From Gemmatimonadota bacterium (lineage in GTDB: Bacteria > Gemmatimonadota > Gemmatimonadetes > Gemmatimonadales > GWC2-71-9): a stretch of DNA of 64,000 nt. Shown one piece after another: positions 36,067 to 45,608 of this stretch. Both the position numbers and the translations under genes were made by a program. The notes below the pieces were generated by a model. It saw nothing but the letters and a program-made list of their open reading frames with translations. It did no database searches and was not told the origin of the DNA. The DNA is taken from assembly GCA_041497135.1 (NCBI GenBank), contig JBGQFX010000002.1, positions 30,355-94,354 on the forward strand, written 5' to 3'. Numbering within the stretch: position 1 is the stretch's first letter; each line of letters opens with the position of its first letter.

Positions 36067-36782
36067 GCACGGGGGCGTCACGGCCACCGGGCGACGGCCA
36101 CCCCCGAACCGAAGAACCGATCCTCATCACGCCGTCGATGCTGGCCGCGCCACCGCGGCGTGGGCCCGTCGACTTCGAGCGCGGAATGTCGTTCGCGCCG
36201 GTCCTCACGCTCGTACTGATCGCCGCCAACATCGTGATGTTCGTTTGGGAGCTGGCCACCAGCGCCCTCGCCGACCGGGACACGATCGTCGCCGCCGGGG
36301 CGCTGGTGCAGGTGGAGGTCCGGTCGGGTGAGGTGTGGCGCTTCGTCACCTCGATGTTCCTCCACGGCGGGGTAGATCATCTCGTCGGCAACATGATCGT
36401 GCTGTACATCGTCGGAATGGCGTGTGAGCATGCCCTCGGCCTGGCCCAGACCGCTCTGGTGTACTTTGCCGCCGGGTTCTCGGGCTCGATCCTCTCCCTG
36501 CTGCTGCGCCCCGGACCGTCCGTGGGAGCCTCCGGCGCCATCTTCGGCCTGCTCGCCTCAGTGATCGTGGTGCTGTACCGGTATCGGGACCGGTTCCATC
36601 TGCGGGACAAGCGGATCGGCTTGGTGCTGGCTGTGTGGGCGGCCTACCAGATCTTGACCGGCTTGGCGACCCCCTGGATCGATAACCTCGCCCATCTGGG
36701 CGGCTTCGCCGGCGGGGCCCTGGCCACCGTGGCCATGACGCCGCGGCTCCTTGGGGACCCTGGAGAGATAGGAGGCTTATAG
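36063..36782 (+). CDS. rhomboid-family intramembrane serine protease
   Basis: 239 aa. WRFVTSMFLHGG, GASGAIFGL (catalytic Ser) and AHLGGFAGG (catalytic His). GTGA overlap with the upstream gene. Confidence 0.88.
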   Translation: MSTGASRPPGDGHPRTEEPILITPSMLAAPPRRGPVDFERGMSFAPVLTLVLIAANIVMFVWELATSALADRDTIVAAGALVQVEVRSGEVWRFVTSMFLHGGVDHLVGNMIVLYIVGMACEHALGLAQTALVYFAAGFSGSILSLLLRPGPSVGASGAIFGLLASVIVVLYRYRDRFHLRDKRIGLVLAVWAAYQILTGLATPWIDNLAHLGGFAGGALATVAMTPRLLGDPGEIGGL

Positions 36783-36791
36783 ATTAGGGGT

Positions 36792-38672
36792 ATGACCACC
36801 GCCACCGAGCGCAAACCAGCACCCGCCGTCAGCGCCGACGAAGCCCGCGCGGTCGCCGAGGCGGCCCGCGAAGAGCATTGGACGGCGCCCAGCTTCGTCC
36901 GGGATCTCTTCCTGGGCAAGCTGCGGATGGATCTCATCCATCCCTACCCCCTTCAGGATCCGGCCGAAGCCGAGCGGGCGCGGCCGTTCCTCGAACAGTT
37001 GGGGCGATTGCTGACCACGGTGGACTCCGACCGGATCGACCGGGAGGGCGAGATTCCTCCCGCCATCGTCCAGGGGCTGAAGGACATCGGCGCCTTCGGG
37101 ATCAAGATCCCGCGTGAGTACGGCGGACTCGGCCTGTCGCAGCTCTCGTACATGAAGGCGATCGAGCTGGTGTCGTCGGTCGACGGATCGATCACGGCGC
37201 TGCTGTCGGCGCACCAGTCCATCGGCGTCCCGCAGCCGCTCAAGATGTTCGGCAGCGAGGCGCAGAAGAAGAAGTTCTTCCCCCGCCTGGCCAAGGGGGC
37301 CGTGTCGGCCTTCGCGCTCACCGAGCCGAACGTCGGCTCCGACCCGGCCGCCATGGAAACCACCGCCGTGCCCTCACCCGACGGCCAGGCGTGGATCCTG
37401 AACGGCGAGAAGCTGTGGTGCACCAACGGTACCATCGCCGAGCTGATGGTGGTGATGGCGCGCACGCCGTCCAAGGTCGTGGACGGGAAGGAAAAGCGGC
37501 AGATCACCGCCTTCATCGTCGAGGCCAACTGGCCCGGGGTGAAGGTCGAGCACCGCTCTCATTTCATGGGGCTGAAGGCGATCTACAACGGTGTCATCTC
37601 GTTCACGAACGTCCGCGTGCCCAAGGAGAACATCCTGTGGGCCGAGGGAAAAGGCCTGAAGCTCGCACTGATCACCTTGAACACTGGCCGACTGACACTG
37701 CCCATTTCCGCCGCCGCGTGCGGCAAGCGGTGCCTCGAGATCTCGCGCCACTGGGCCAACGAGCGGGTGCAATGGGGCCGCAAGATCGGCCAGCACGACG
37801 CCGTGGCGCAGATGATCTGCACCATGGCGGCCAATACGTTGGCGATGGAGGCGGTGGCGGAGCTGTGCGGTGCACTCGCCGACCGGGGCGAGTCCGACAT
37901 CCGGCTCGAGGCGGCGATCGCGAAGCTGTACAATTCGGAAGCGGGCTGGCGCATCATCGACGACACCGTGCAGGTGCGCGGCGGCCGGGGCTACGAGACG
38001 GCCGACAGCCTGCGCGCCCGGGGCGAGAAGCCCGTGCCCGTCGAGCGCATCATGCGCGACTTCCGCATCAATCTGATCTTCGAGGGCAGCTCCGAAATCA
38101 TGCACCTGTTCATCGCCCGTGAGGCCGTGGACAAGCACCTGCAGGTCGCGGGCGACGTCGTGATGCCGGGCAAGGCGCTGGGGCAGCGGCTGGCCGGCCT
38201 GGCGCGCTCGGCGCTGTTCTACGGCTGGTGGTACCCCTCACGCTGGATCGGCTGGGGCTTCTGGCCGAAGTACGGAGCGTTCGGACCGCTCGCCACGCAT
38301 GTGCGGTTCATCGAGCGCTCGGCCCGTCGTCTCGCCCGTGGCGTGTTCCACGCGATGGTTCGCTTCGGTCCCAAGCTCGAGCTGCGCCAGGGTGTGCTGT
38401 TCCGTCTGGTCGACGTCGGCGCGGAGCTCTTCGCCATGGCTTCAACCTGCTCCCGCGCCGCCCGACTGCTTCGGGACGACCCCACGACGGGCGCACACGC
38501 GATGCGCGTCGCCGACGTATTCTGCCGTCAGGCCCGCGGTCGCGTGCAGTCGAAATTCCACGGCCTGTGGCGCAACGAGGACGTGCCGACGTATCGCGTG
38601 GCCCAAGAGGTGCTCAAGGGGGAGCACGCGTGGCTGGAACAAGGGATGGTGCCTGTCAACTACAACGCGTGA
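36792..38672 (+). CDS. acyl-CoA dehydrogenase family protein (long form with C-terminal extension)
   Basis: 626 aa. FALTEPNVGSDPA, WCTNG and RGGRGYE motifs. Confidence 0.92.
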   Translation: MTTATERKPAPAVSADEARAVAEAAREEHWTAPSFVRDLFLGKLRMDLIHPYPLQDPAEAERARPFLEQLGRLLTTVDSDRIDREGEIPPAIVQGLKDIGAFGIKIPREYGGLGLSQLSYMKAIELVSSVDGSITALLSAHQSIGVPQPLKMFGSEAQKKKFFPRLAKGAVSAFALTEPNVGSDPAAMETTAVPSPDGQAWILNGEKLWCTNGTIAELMVVMARTPSKVVDGKEKRQITAFIVEANWPGVKVEHRSHFMGLKAIYNGVISFTNVRVPKENILWAEGKGLKLALITLNTGRLTLPISAAACGKRCLEISRHWANERVQWGRKIGQHDAVAQMICTMAANTLAMEAVAELCGALADRGESDIRLEAAIAKLYNSEAGWRIIDDTVQVRGGRGYETADSLRARGEKPVPVERIMRDFRINLIFEGSSEIMHLFIAREAVDKHLQVAGDVVMPGKALGQRLAGLARSALFYGWWYPSRWIGWGFWPKYGAFGPLATHVRFIERSARRLARGVFHAMVRFGPKLELRQGVLFRLVDVGAELFAMASTCSRAARLLRDDPTTGAHAMRVADVFCRQARGRVQSKFHGLWRNEDVPTYRVAQEVLKGEHAWLEQGMVPVNYNA

Positions 38673-38674
38673 AC

Positions 38675-38710
38675 GGTTGGAAGGTTGGAAAGTTGGAAGG
38701 TTGGAAGGTG
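38675..38710. repeat. family A palindrome, left arm: 4.5 tandem octamers (GGTTGGAA)
   Basis: ggttggaa ggttggaa agttggaa ggttggaa ggtg. It starts 3 nt after the acyl-CoA dehydrogenase stop. 33/36 nt are identical to 60474..60509. Confidence 0.9.
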
Positions 38711-38713
38711 AAT

Positions 38714-39085
38714 TCAACGGAACATTGCTTCGTGGCGTCTAGCCGACTCATGCAAGCCCCAGGTGAGCTTGCCCGCAATACTTCTCAGCTCCTCCAACTC
38801 CGCGAATTGTTTCGCTGATAAGTAGGACAGTTCCTTCGATAGCAGGATCTGATAGCACAACTCCGCGAGCGAACCAAGGGCGATATCGAGGTAGCGTCGC
38901 AACGCTCGCGCTCCGCGCTTGGCGCTCCCCTCGGCGATATTCGAAGCAGTGGACACCGCGGCTCGACGCATCTGAACCACAAGTCCATAGCGTTCGGTAT
39001 CTGGGAAACTCGAAGTCACGCGGTAGGTCGCAATGGCAAGCACGTGACACGCCCGCCACGCGTCGAGACGCTCATAAGGCATCAT
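38714..39085 (-). CDS. four-helix-bundle protein (23S rRNA intervening-sequence protein / Avd-like family)
   Basis: 123 aa. YERLDAWRACHVLAIATYRVTSSFPDTERYGLVVQMRRAAVSTASNIAEGSAKRG...YLDIALGSLAELCYQILLSKELSYL is the signature of the TIGR02436-type family. Visibly lower GC than the flanking DNA. A TAGAAT -10-like box lies at 39106-39101 (reverse strand). Confidence 0.85.
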   Translation of the reverse strand: MMPYERLDAWRACHVLAIATYRVTSSFPDTERYGLVVQMRRAAVSTASNIAEGSAKRGARALRRYLDIALGSLAELCYQILLSKELSYLSAKQFAELEELRSIAGKLTWGLHESARRHEAMFR

Positions 39086-39163
39086 CGTACGATGGTGTGG
39101 ATTCTACCGACAAACCGCCAATTCAAAACCACTCAAGACACAACGAAACCACGCGAACTGCGT

Positions 39164-39216
39164 CACCTTCCAACTTTCCAACCTTCATCACCTTCCACCC
39201 TTCCAACCTTCCATCC
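39164..39216. repeat. family A palindrome, right arm: about 6 tandem complementary units (TTCCAACC variants)
   Basis: caccttcc aactttcc aaccttca tcaccttcc acccttcc aaccttcc atcc, the reverse complement of the left-arm units. It ends 4 nt before the stop of the convergent PRTase gene. Confidence 0.85.
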
Positions 39217-39220
39217 TGCA

Positions 39221-39877
39221 TCATGCCGCCTGGTGCGCAATCATGATGCTCTTCAGCCGCTCCGGACTGTCCCCCGACGCGTCCCCGTAGGGTGAGGGGT
39301 GCTGTTTATCGTCCGGCAGCACGTTGGGACAGATGAATTCATATCCGCGGGCCCGGATTCGCTCCGCGGCCGTGACGCTCGCGACCGGCGTGGCGATCGC
39401 GATCCGCTTCCCGCCCAATTCGGTGACGGCGCGCGCCGCGGCCAGCATCTTCCACGGAAACAGCACCTGGCCGTCCACGATGATCAGCTGGCGATCCTCG
39501 AACTTCTTGATCGGCCGCTGCGTGCGGTACAGCACCAGGTCGCGACGCACCCGGGCGCGCGATTCCTCGATCGCCGACTCGAGCTTCTCCACCAGGTTCA
39601 TCCCCGGCTGGAAATCCGGGTCCATCTCCGCCCGGCCGGCGAACTCCGCCATCGCCCCGATCGGGGCCAGATTGGCGCCAAGCCGGATGAAGGAAGCGAC
39701 CAGCACGTCGAAGCTGGCCCCCATGGCTTTCGAGGCGTTGGCCGCGATCTCCACCCCTTCGGGCGTCACACCCAGCAGCAGGCAGGAGACGTATCCCTGG
39801 GACGCCAGAAGCTGCCCCAACGCGGCGCCTGCGGCGGACCGGGTGGGATAGAGGCTGCTGCGGGGTGGCGTGGGCAC
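39221..39877 (-). CDS. phosphoribosyltransferase-family protein
   Basis: 218 aa. LIIVDGQV (PRPP-loop-like acidic/hydrophobic motif) in a type I PRT fold pattern. Confidence 0.7.
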   Translation of the reverse strand: MPTPPRSSLYPTRSAAGAALGQLLASQGYVSCLLLGVTPEGVEIAANASKAMGASFDVLVASFIRLGANLAPIGAMAEFAGRAEMDPDFQPGMNLVEKLESAIEESRARVRRDLVLYRTQRPIKKFEDRQLIIVDGQVLFPWKMLAAARAVTELGGKRIAIATPVASVTAAERIRARGYEFICPNVLPDDKQHPSPYGDASGDSPERLKSIMIAHQAA

Positions 39878-39949
39878 GATCTCAAAATAAGGGGATTGAG
39901 CGTTGAGAACAGAGGAACCATCTTCCCCCGCCCCCTTTTACGAGGCCTC

Positions 39950-42580
39950 ATGCGGTTCTGGTTGCTCATCCCGGTCATGGTATCCGCCCTCGTTCCAACC
40001 GGACTCGCGGCCCAGCGGCGCTCGGCACCGAGCCCCGTTCTGGCCGCCCGGCCTCTCGACACGTTGGTCTATCGGTCGCTCAAGTTCCGCGCGGTCGGCC
40101 CGGCCACCATGGGGGGGCGCATGTCCGCGTTCGCAGTGCGGGAGAACAACCCCGCCGTAATCTTCGCCGGCGCCGGTACCGGTGGCCTCTTCAAGACCAC
40201 CAACAACGGCACGACCTGGTCGGCCGTGTTCGAGGATCAACCGGTGGCGTCGATCGGCGCCGTTGCCACGTCGCCACGCGACTCGAACCTCGTGTGGGTC
40301 GGAACCGGCGAGGGCAACGGGCGCAACAGCTCGTCCTGGGGGAACGGCGTCTACAAGTCCAGCGACGGGGGCAGCAAGTGGACGCACGTCGGGCTCGACA
40401 ACTCACACGACATCCCCGCGCTGGTGATCGACCCGCGCAACGATTCCACCGTCTGGGTCGCGGTCCTGGGGCACCTCTGGGGCAGGAACCCCGAGCGCGG
40501 CGTTTACAAAACCGCCGACGGCGGCAAGACGTGGACGGCCGTGCTGCAGCTGGGCGACTCGGTCGGGGCGATCGACCTCGTGCTCGATCCCGCCAACCCG
40601 GATGTCGCCTACGCCGCCATGTACCAGCGGCTACGCGCGCCGTACTCGATGCGGAGCGGCGGGCCGGTGGGCGGCATCTACAAGACCACCGACGGCGGGA
40701 AGACCTGGACCAAGCTCACGGACGGCCTCCCCGCCCAGACCGGGCGCATCGGACTGGACCTCTACCGCAAGAACTCGCAGGTGGTCTACGCGGTGATCGA
40801 GTCCGATCTCGGCGGCCCCAGGGACATCGACGATGTCCGCAGCCGCGCCGGCGGGGTGTTCCGCTCCGACGACGGCGGCGCGCACTGGCGCCGGCTCTCC
40901 AACCTCGCGCCGCGCGCGTTTTACTTCGCCAAGGTTCGCGTCGACCCGACCAACGACGCGCACGTCTACATCCTCGGCTTCGGGCTCGACGTGTCCGACG
41001 ACAGCGGCCACAGCTTCCGCCACGATGGCGCCGAGAAGATCCACGGCGATCTGCACACGCTGTGGATCGATCCGGCGAATCCGAGCCACCTGATCCTCGG
41101 CACCGACGGCGGTATCTATTTCAGCTGGGACCGGAGCAAGACCTGGGACTTCGTCAACAACGTCGCCACCGGGGAGTTCTACGAGGTCACCTACGACTAC
41201 CGCACGCCGTACCGAATCTGCGGCGGCCTGCAGGACAACGGGAGCTGGTGCGGGCCGAGCCGGAAGCGTGCCGAGGACGGCATCGCGAACGGTGACTGGT
41301 TCCGGGTGGGGGATTGCGACGGCTATTACGTGCAGGTCGATTCGACCGACCCCGACATCGTGTACGCCGAGTGTCAGGGCGGGTACGCGTTCCGGGTGAA
41401 TCTGCGGAACGGGGCGAGCACGGCGATCAAACCGGTGCCCAAAGAAGGCACGCCGACGTTCCGGTTCAACTGGGACACGCCGTTCGCCATCTCCCACTTC
41501 GACCCGAGCGTGCTGTACATGGGCGGGAATCAACTGTTCCGGCTGACGGCGCGCGGCGATCGCTGGGAGATCATCTCCCCCGATCTCTCGACCATGAACC
41601 CGCTGACGATGACGACCACGGGCTCCAGCGCCGAGACCTACAACACGATCGTCGCGCTGTCCGAGTCGCCGCTCTCGCCCCGCATCCTCTGGGTCGGAAC
41701 CGACGACGGCAATATCCAGCTGACGCGAGACGGCGGCGCCAGCTGGACCAACGTCGCCGCGGCCCTGAAGGGTCTGCCGAAGGCAAACCTGTACGTCGCG
41801 CGCGTCGAGGCCTCGCATTTTGATTCCGCCACGGCCTACGTGGCCATCGACGGGCATCGCAGCGACGTGTTCCAGCCGCTCGTCTTCGTCACGACGGACT
41901 TCGGGCGCACCTGGACGTCGATCAGCGGCAACCTGCCCACCGATGCTCCGGTGAAATCGCTGCGCGAGGACCCGCGGAACAAGAACCTGCTGTTCGTGGG
42001 AACGGAGCACGCCCTGTTCTTTTCGATCGACCGCGGCACGAGCTGGAATCGCCTCAAGAGCGGCCTGCCCACGGTGGCCTACGACGACATCGCCATCCAC
42101 CCACGGGATCGGGACCTGATCGTCGGTACCCACGGCCGCAGCATCTACGTGCTCGATCAGATCATCGCGCTGGAGGAGCTGACACCGGCCATTCTCGACT
42201 CCACCGCGCATCTCTTCACCACGCGGCCGGTGCAGCCGTTCTGGAAGCTCGGCGAGTCCGGGCTGTGGGGCCATCGCCCCTATCAGGCCGCAAACCCGCC
42301 CGCCGGGGCCTACATCGACTACTACCTCAAGTCTTACGCGCTGGACGAGGTGTCGATCACGATCGCGGACAGCGCGGGTCACGAGGTGGCGAAGCTCACG
42401 GGAAGCCGCGATCCAGGCCTGAACCGCGTGGTGTGGGACCTGCAGCCCAAGGAATCGATTCGGACCGCCGGTCCCGGGGACCCGACGGAGTACGTCGCAC
42501 CGGGTGCCTACACGATCACGCTCAGCGCGGCCGGAAAGACGCTCAAGACGACGCTGCAGGTGGTGGCGCCGGAGCGATAG
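39950..42580 (+). CDS. secreted sortilin/VPS10-type BNR (Asp-box) beta-propeller protein
   Basis: 876 aa from ATG 39950 (MRFWLLIPVMVSALVPTGLAAQ). Repeated S-x-D-x-G-x-T-W Asp-boxes (TTNNGTTW, SSDGGSKW, TADGGKTW, TTDGGKTW, SDDGGAHW, TRDGGASW, TTDFGRTW, SIDRGTSW). Confidence 0.85.
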   Translation: MRFWLLIPVMVSALVPTGLAAQRRSAPSPVLAARPLDTLVYRSLKFRAVGPATMGGRMSAFAVRENNPAVIFAGAGTGGLFKTTNNGTTWSAVFEDQPVASIGAVATSPRDSNLVWVGTGEGNGRNSSSWGNGVYKSSDGGSKWTHVGLDNSHDIPALVIDPRNDSTVWVAVLGHLWGRNPERGVYKTADGGKTWTAVLQLGDSVGAIDLVLDPANPDVAYAAMYQRLRAPYSMRSGGPVGGIYKTTDGGKTWTKLTDGLPAQTGRIGLDLYRKNSQVVYAVIESDLGGPRDIDDVRSRAGGVFRSDDGGAHWRRLSNLAPRAFYFAKVRVDPTNDAHVYILGFGLDVSDDSGHSFRHDGAEKIHGDLHTLWIDPANPSHLILGTDGGIYFSWDRSKTWDFVNNVATGEFYEVTYDYRTPYRICGGLQDNGSWCGPSRKRAEDGIANGDWFRVGDCDGYYVQVDSTDPDIVYAECQGGYAFRVNLRNGASTAIKPVPKEGTPTFRFNWDTPFAISHFDPSVLYMGGNQLFRLTARGDRWEIISPDLSTMNPLTMTTTGSSAETYNTIVALSESPLSPRILWVGTDDGNIQLTRDGGASWTNVAAALKGLPKANLYVARVEASHFDSATAYVAIDGHRSDVFQPLVFVTTDFGRTWTSISGNLPTDAPVKSLREDPRNKNLLFVGTEHALFFSIDRGTSWNRLKSGLPTVAYDDIAIHPRDRDLIVGTHGRSIYVLDQIIALEELTPAILDSTAHLFTTRPVQPFWKLGESGLWGHRPYQAANPPAGAYIDYYLKSYALDEVSITIADSAGHEVAKLTGSRDPGLNRVVWDLQPKESIRTAGPGDPTEYVAPGAYTITLSAAGKTLKTTLQVVAPER

Positions 42581-42661
42581 ACTTTGGGAGACGGGAGGGA
42601 CAATGTCCTTCCGTCTCCTCCCCCCGTTATCTTCTCACGATTCACACTTCCCGGACCCGTC

Positions 42662-43944
<1,283 letters not shown>

Positions 43945-43948
<4 letters not shown>

Positions 43949-44060
43949 GACGTAAAGAAACAGCGTGGAGTTGGCGGCGTATGGAAAAGGCGTGCGTGAC
44001 CATACGCCTTTCTCCTTACGACGTCGCCCCCTACGACTTTTCCCTACGCAGTTGTCTTAT
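43945..44060. repeat. family B palindrome (B1) exactly filling the convergent gltA / helicase gap
   Basis: The outer clamp ATAAGAC (43945-43951) / GTCTTAT (44054-44060) contains both stop codons. Inside are GGCGTATGGAAAAGGCGT-type units on the left and ACGCCTTTCTCCTTACGAC / CCCCTACGAC / TCCCTACGC units on the right. The pairing is imperfect. Confidence 0.55.
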
Positions 44061-45274
44061 CTCCGCCGCCGCCCCCCACTCCGGCCCCGCACCGTCAACG
44101 ACGGCTTCGGCACGGCAAGCGTGGCATGCTTCGGCTGGAGCGGTGGCACCGACGGCTCGAAGCCGGGGATGATCTCCCGCGGGAACACCTGCCCCACCAG
44201 CTTCTCGATGTCGCCCATGAGCAGCCACTCGTCGGGCGAGAGCAGCGTGAGCGCGAGGCCGCGAGCGCCGGCCCGGGCCGTGCGGCCCACGCGGTGCACG
44301 TACACCTCGGCGTCGTTCGGCACGTCGAAGTTGACGACCATCCGAATCCCGTCCACGTCGATCCCGCGCGCCGCGATGTCGGTCGCGACGAGGATCTCGG
44401 CCGTCCCCGCCCGGAACGCGTCCAGCGTGCGGGTGCGGTGGCTCTGGGCCTTGTCGCCGTGAATGGCGCTGGCTGCGATGCCGGCCCGGCGCAGGAACGT
44501 CACCAGCTTGTCGGCACCGTACTTGGTGCGCGTGAACACGAGCGTCTGACCCGCGGGCTTCGCCTGCAAGATCGCCGCGAGCACGTCGCGCTTCTTCAGT
44601 TTGTCGGCCGCGACGATCACGTGCTCGATCCCCTCGGCGGTCTGGGCGCGCCGCCCAATCTCGACCGACGCGTGACCGGACAGCGCTCGCCGGGCGAGCG
44701 CATCGACCTCGGCCGAGATGGTGGCCGAGAAGAGCAGGGTCTGACGCTCCTCGGGGAGCGCCCGTAAAATGCGGCCCACGTCGGGTGCGAAGCCCATATC
44801 GAGCATCCGATCGGCCTCGTCCAGCACGAGCACCTCGAGATGCGAATAGTCCACGTGGCCGCGCTCCATATGGTCGAGCAGCCGGCCGGGTGTCGCGGCG
44901 ACGATGTCCGCGCCGCGCGCCAGCGCTTTGGTCTGCGGCTCCATGCCGACGCCGCCGTAGACGGCCGCAGCGCTGACCGATAGGTGGCGCCCGTAAACGC
45001 GCGCCATCTGCAGCACCTGCTCGGCGAGCTCGCGCGTCGGGACGAGAATCAACGCCCGGAGGGCGTGGGCGCGCTTCCCGGCGGCCAGCCGTTGCAGGAT
45101 CGGCAGCAGGTACGCCGCGGTCTTTCCCGTGCCCGTCTGGGCGGAGCCGATGAGGTCGCGGCCGGCCAGAGCGAGGGGGATGGTTTCCAGCTGGATAGGG
45201 GTGGGGCGCTCGTATCCTTCTTCAAATACGGCGCGGACGAGTTCGGGGGCTAACCCGAGAGAGGCAAAGGGCAT
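44057..45274 (-). CDS. DEAD-box ATP-dependent RNA helicase (RhlE-like)
   Basis: 405 aa. Q-motif, AQTGTGKT, DEAD (VLDEADRM), SAT, HRVGRTARAG and a basic RGRSGGRRRR tail. Confidence 0.93.
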   Translation of the reverse strand: MPFASLGLAPELVRAVFEEGYERPTPIQLETIPLALAGRDLIGSAQTGTGKTAAYLLPILQRLAAGKRAHALRALILVPTRELAEQVLQMARVYGRHLSVSAAAVYGGVGMEPQTKALARGADIVAATPGRLLDHMERGHVDYSHLEVLVLDEADRMLDMGFAPDVGRILRALPEERQTLLFSATISAEVDALARRALSGHASVEIGRRAQTAEGIEHVIVAADKLKKRDVLAAILQAKPAGQTLVFTRTKYGADKLVTFLRRAGIAASAIHGDKAQSHRTRTLDAFRAGTAEILVATDIAARGIDVDGIRMVVNFDVPNDAEVYVHRVGRTARAGARGLALTLLSPDEWLLMGDIEKLVGQVFPREIIPGFEPSVPPLQPKHATLAVPKPSLTVRGRSGGRRRR

Positions 45275-45293
45275 GTGAATCCTTATGCGATGA

Positions 45294-45389
45294 CTGCGTA
45301 GCGGGGAAAAACGTATGGGGCTACACCGTAGGGAGGACAGCGTACGTCTCTTCCGTACACAGTTACCCCCACGCTTTTCTCTCTACGCC
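45294..45389. repeat. family B palindrome (B2), degenerate, in the helicase 5' leader
   Basis: Left arm carries CGTAGCGGGGAAAAA / CGTATGGGGCTACAC / CGTAGGGAGGACAG units. A CGTACG centre sits at 45341-45346. Right arm carries TCTCTTCCGTACAC / AGTTACCCCCACGC / TTTTCTCTCTACGCC. Only about 70% complementary in the best register I found. Confidence 0.4.
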
Positions 45390-45503
45390 TTCGTTTTTGA
45401 ACCTAGGGATGAGCCTACAGATGTGAGGCCCGCTCCTGAGCGGGACCGTCCTACGGAAGGATGCCAGCTCGCGGTTCTTTCGACTGCGAGTGGAAGGCTA
45501 ACT

Positions 45504-45608
45504 ACGTCGAGGGAATACGTCAAGGAACGGCGTCGAGAAGAGGCGTCGAGACGTTCTCCTCGACGCATTTCCTTTCGACGCCTCTCCTCGATGTCGTTAC
45601 TTGACGCC
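45504..45608. repeat. family B palindrome (B3): four 13-nt units and their complements
   Basis: Left arm: ACGTCGAGGGAAT ACGTCAAGGAACG GCGTCGAGAAGAG GCGTCGAGA. Centre: cgt. Right arm: TCTCCTCGACGC ATTTCCTTTCGACGCC TCTCCTCGATGTC GTTACTTGACGCC. Core GCGTCGAG/CTCGACGC is perfect, and 45534-45549 versus 45575-45590 is 15/16 complementary. The right arm overlaps the last codons and stop (45597) of the 1130-aa gene. Confidence 0.8.

Noticed and set aside
45400-45500. Possible tRNA or small RNA gene in the long helicase leader
   Set aside because: There is no cloverleaf-compatible set of stems and no T-loop (GTTCRANYC) motif. I found only a 6-bp hairpin (45430-45445) and a 5-bp one.
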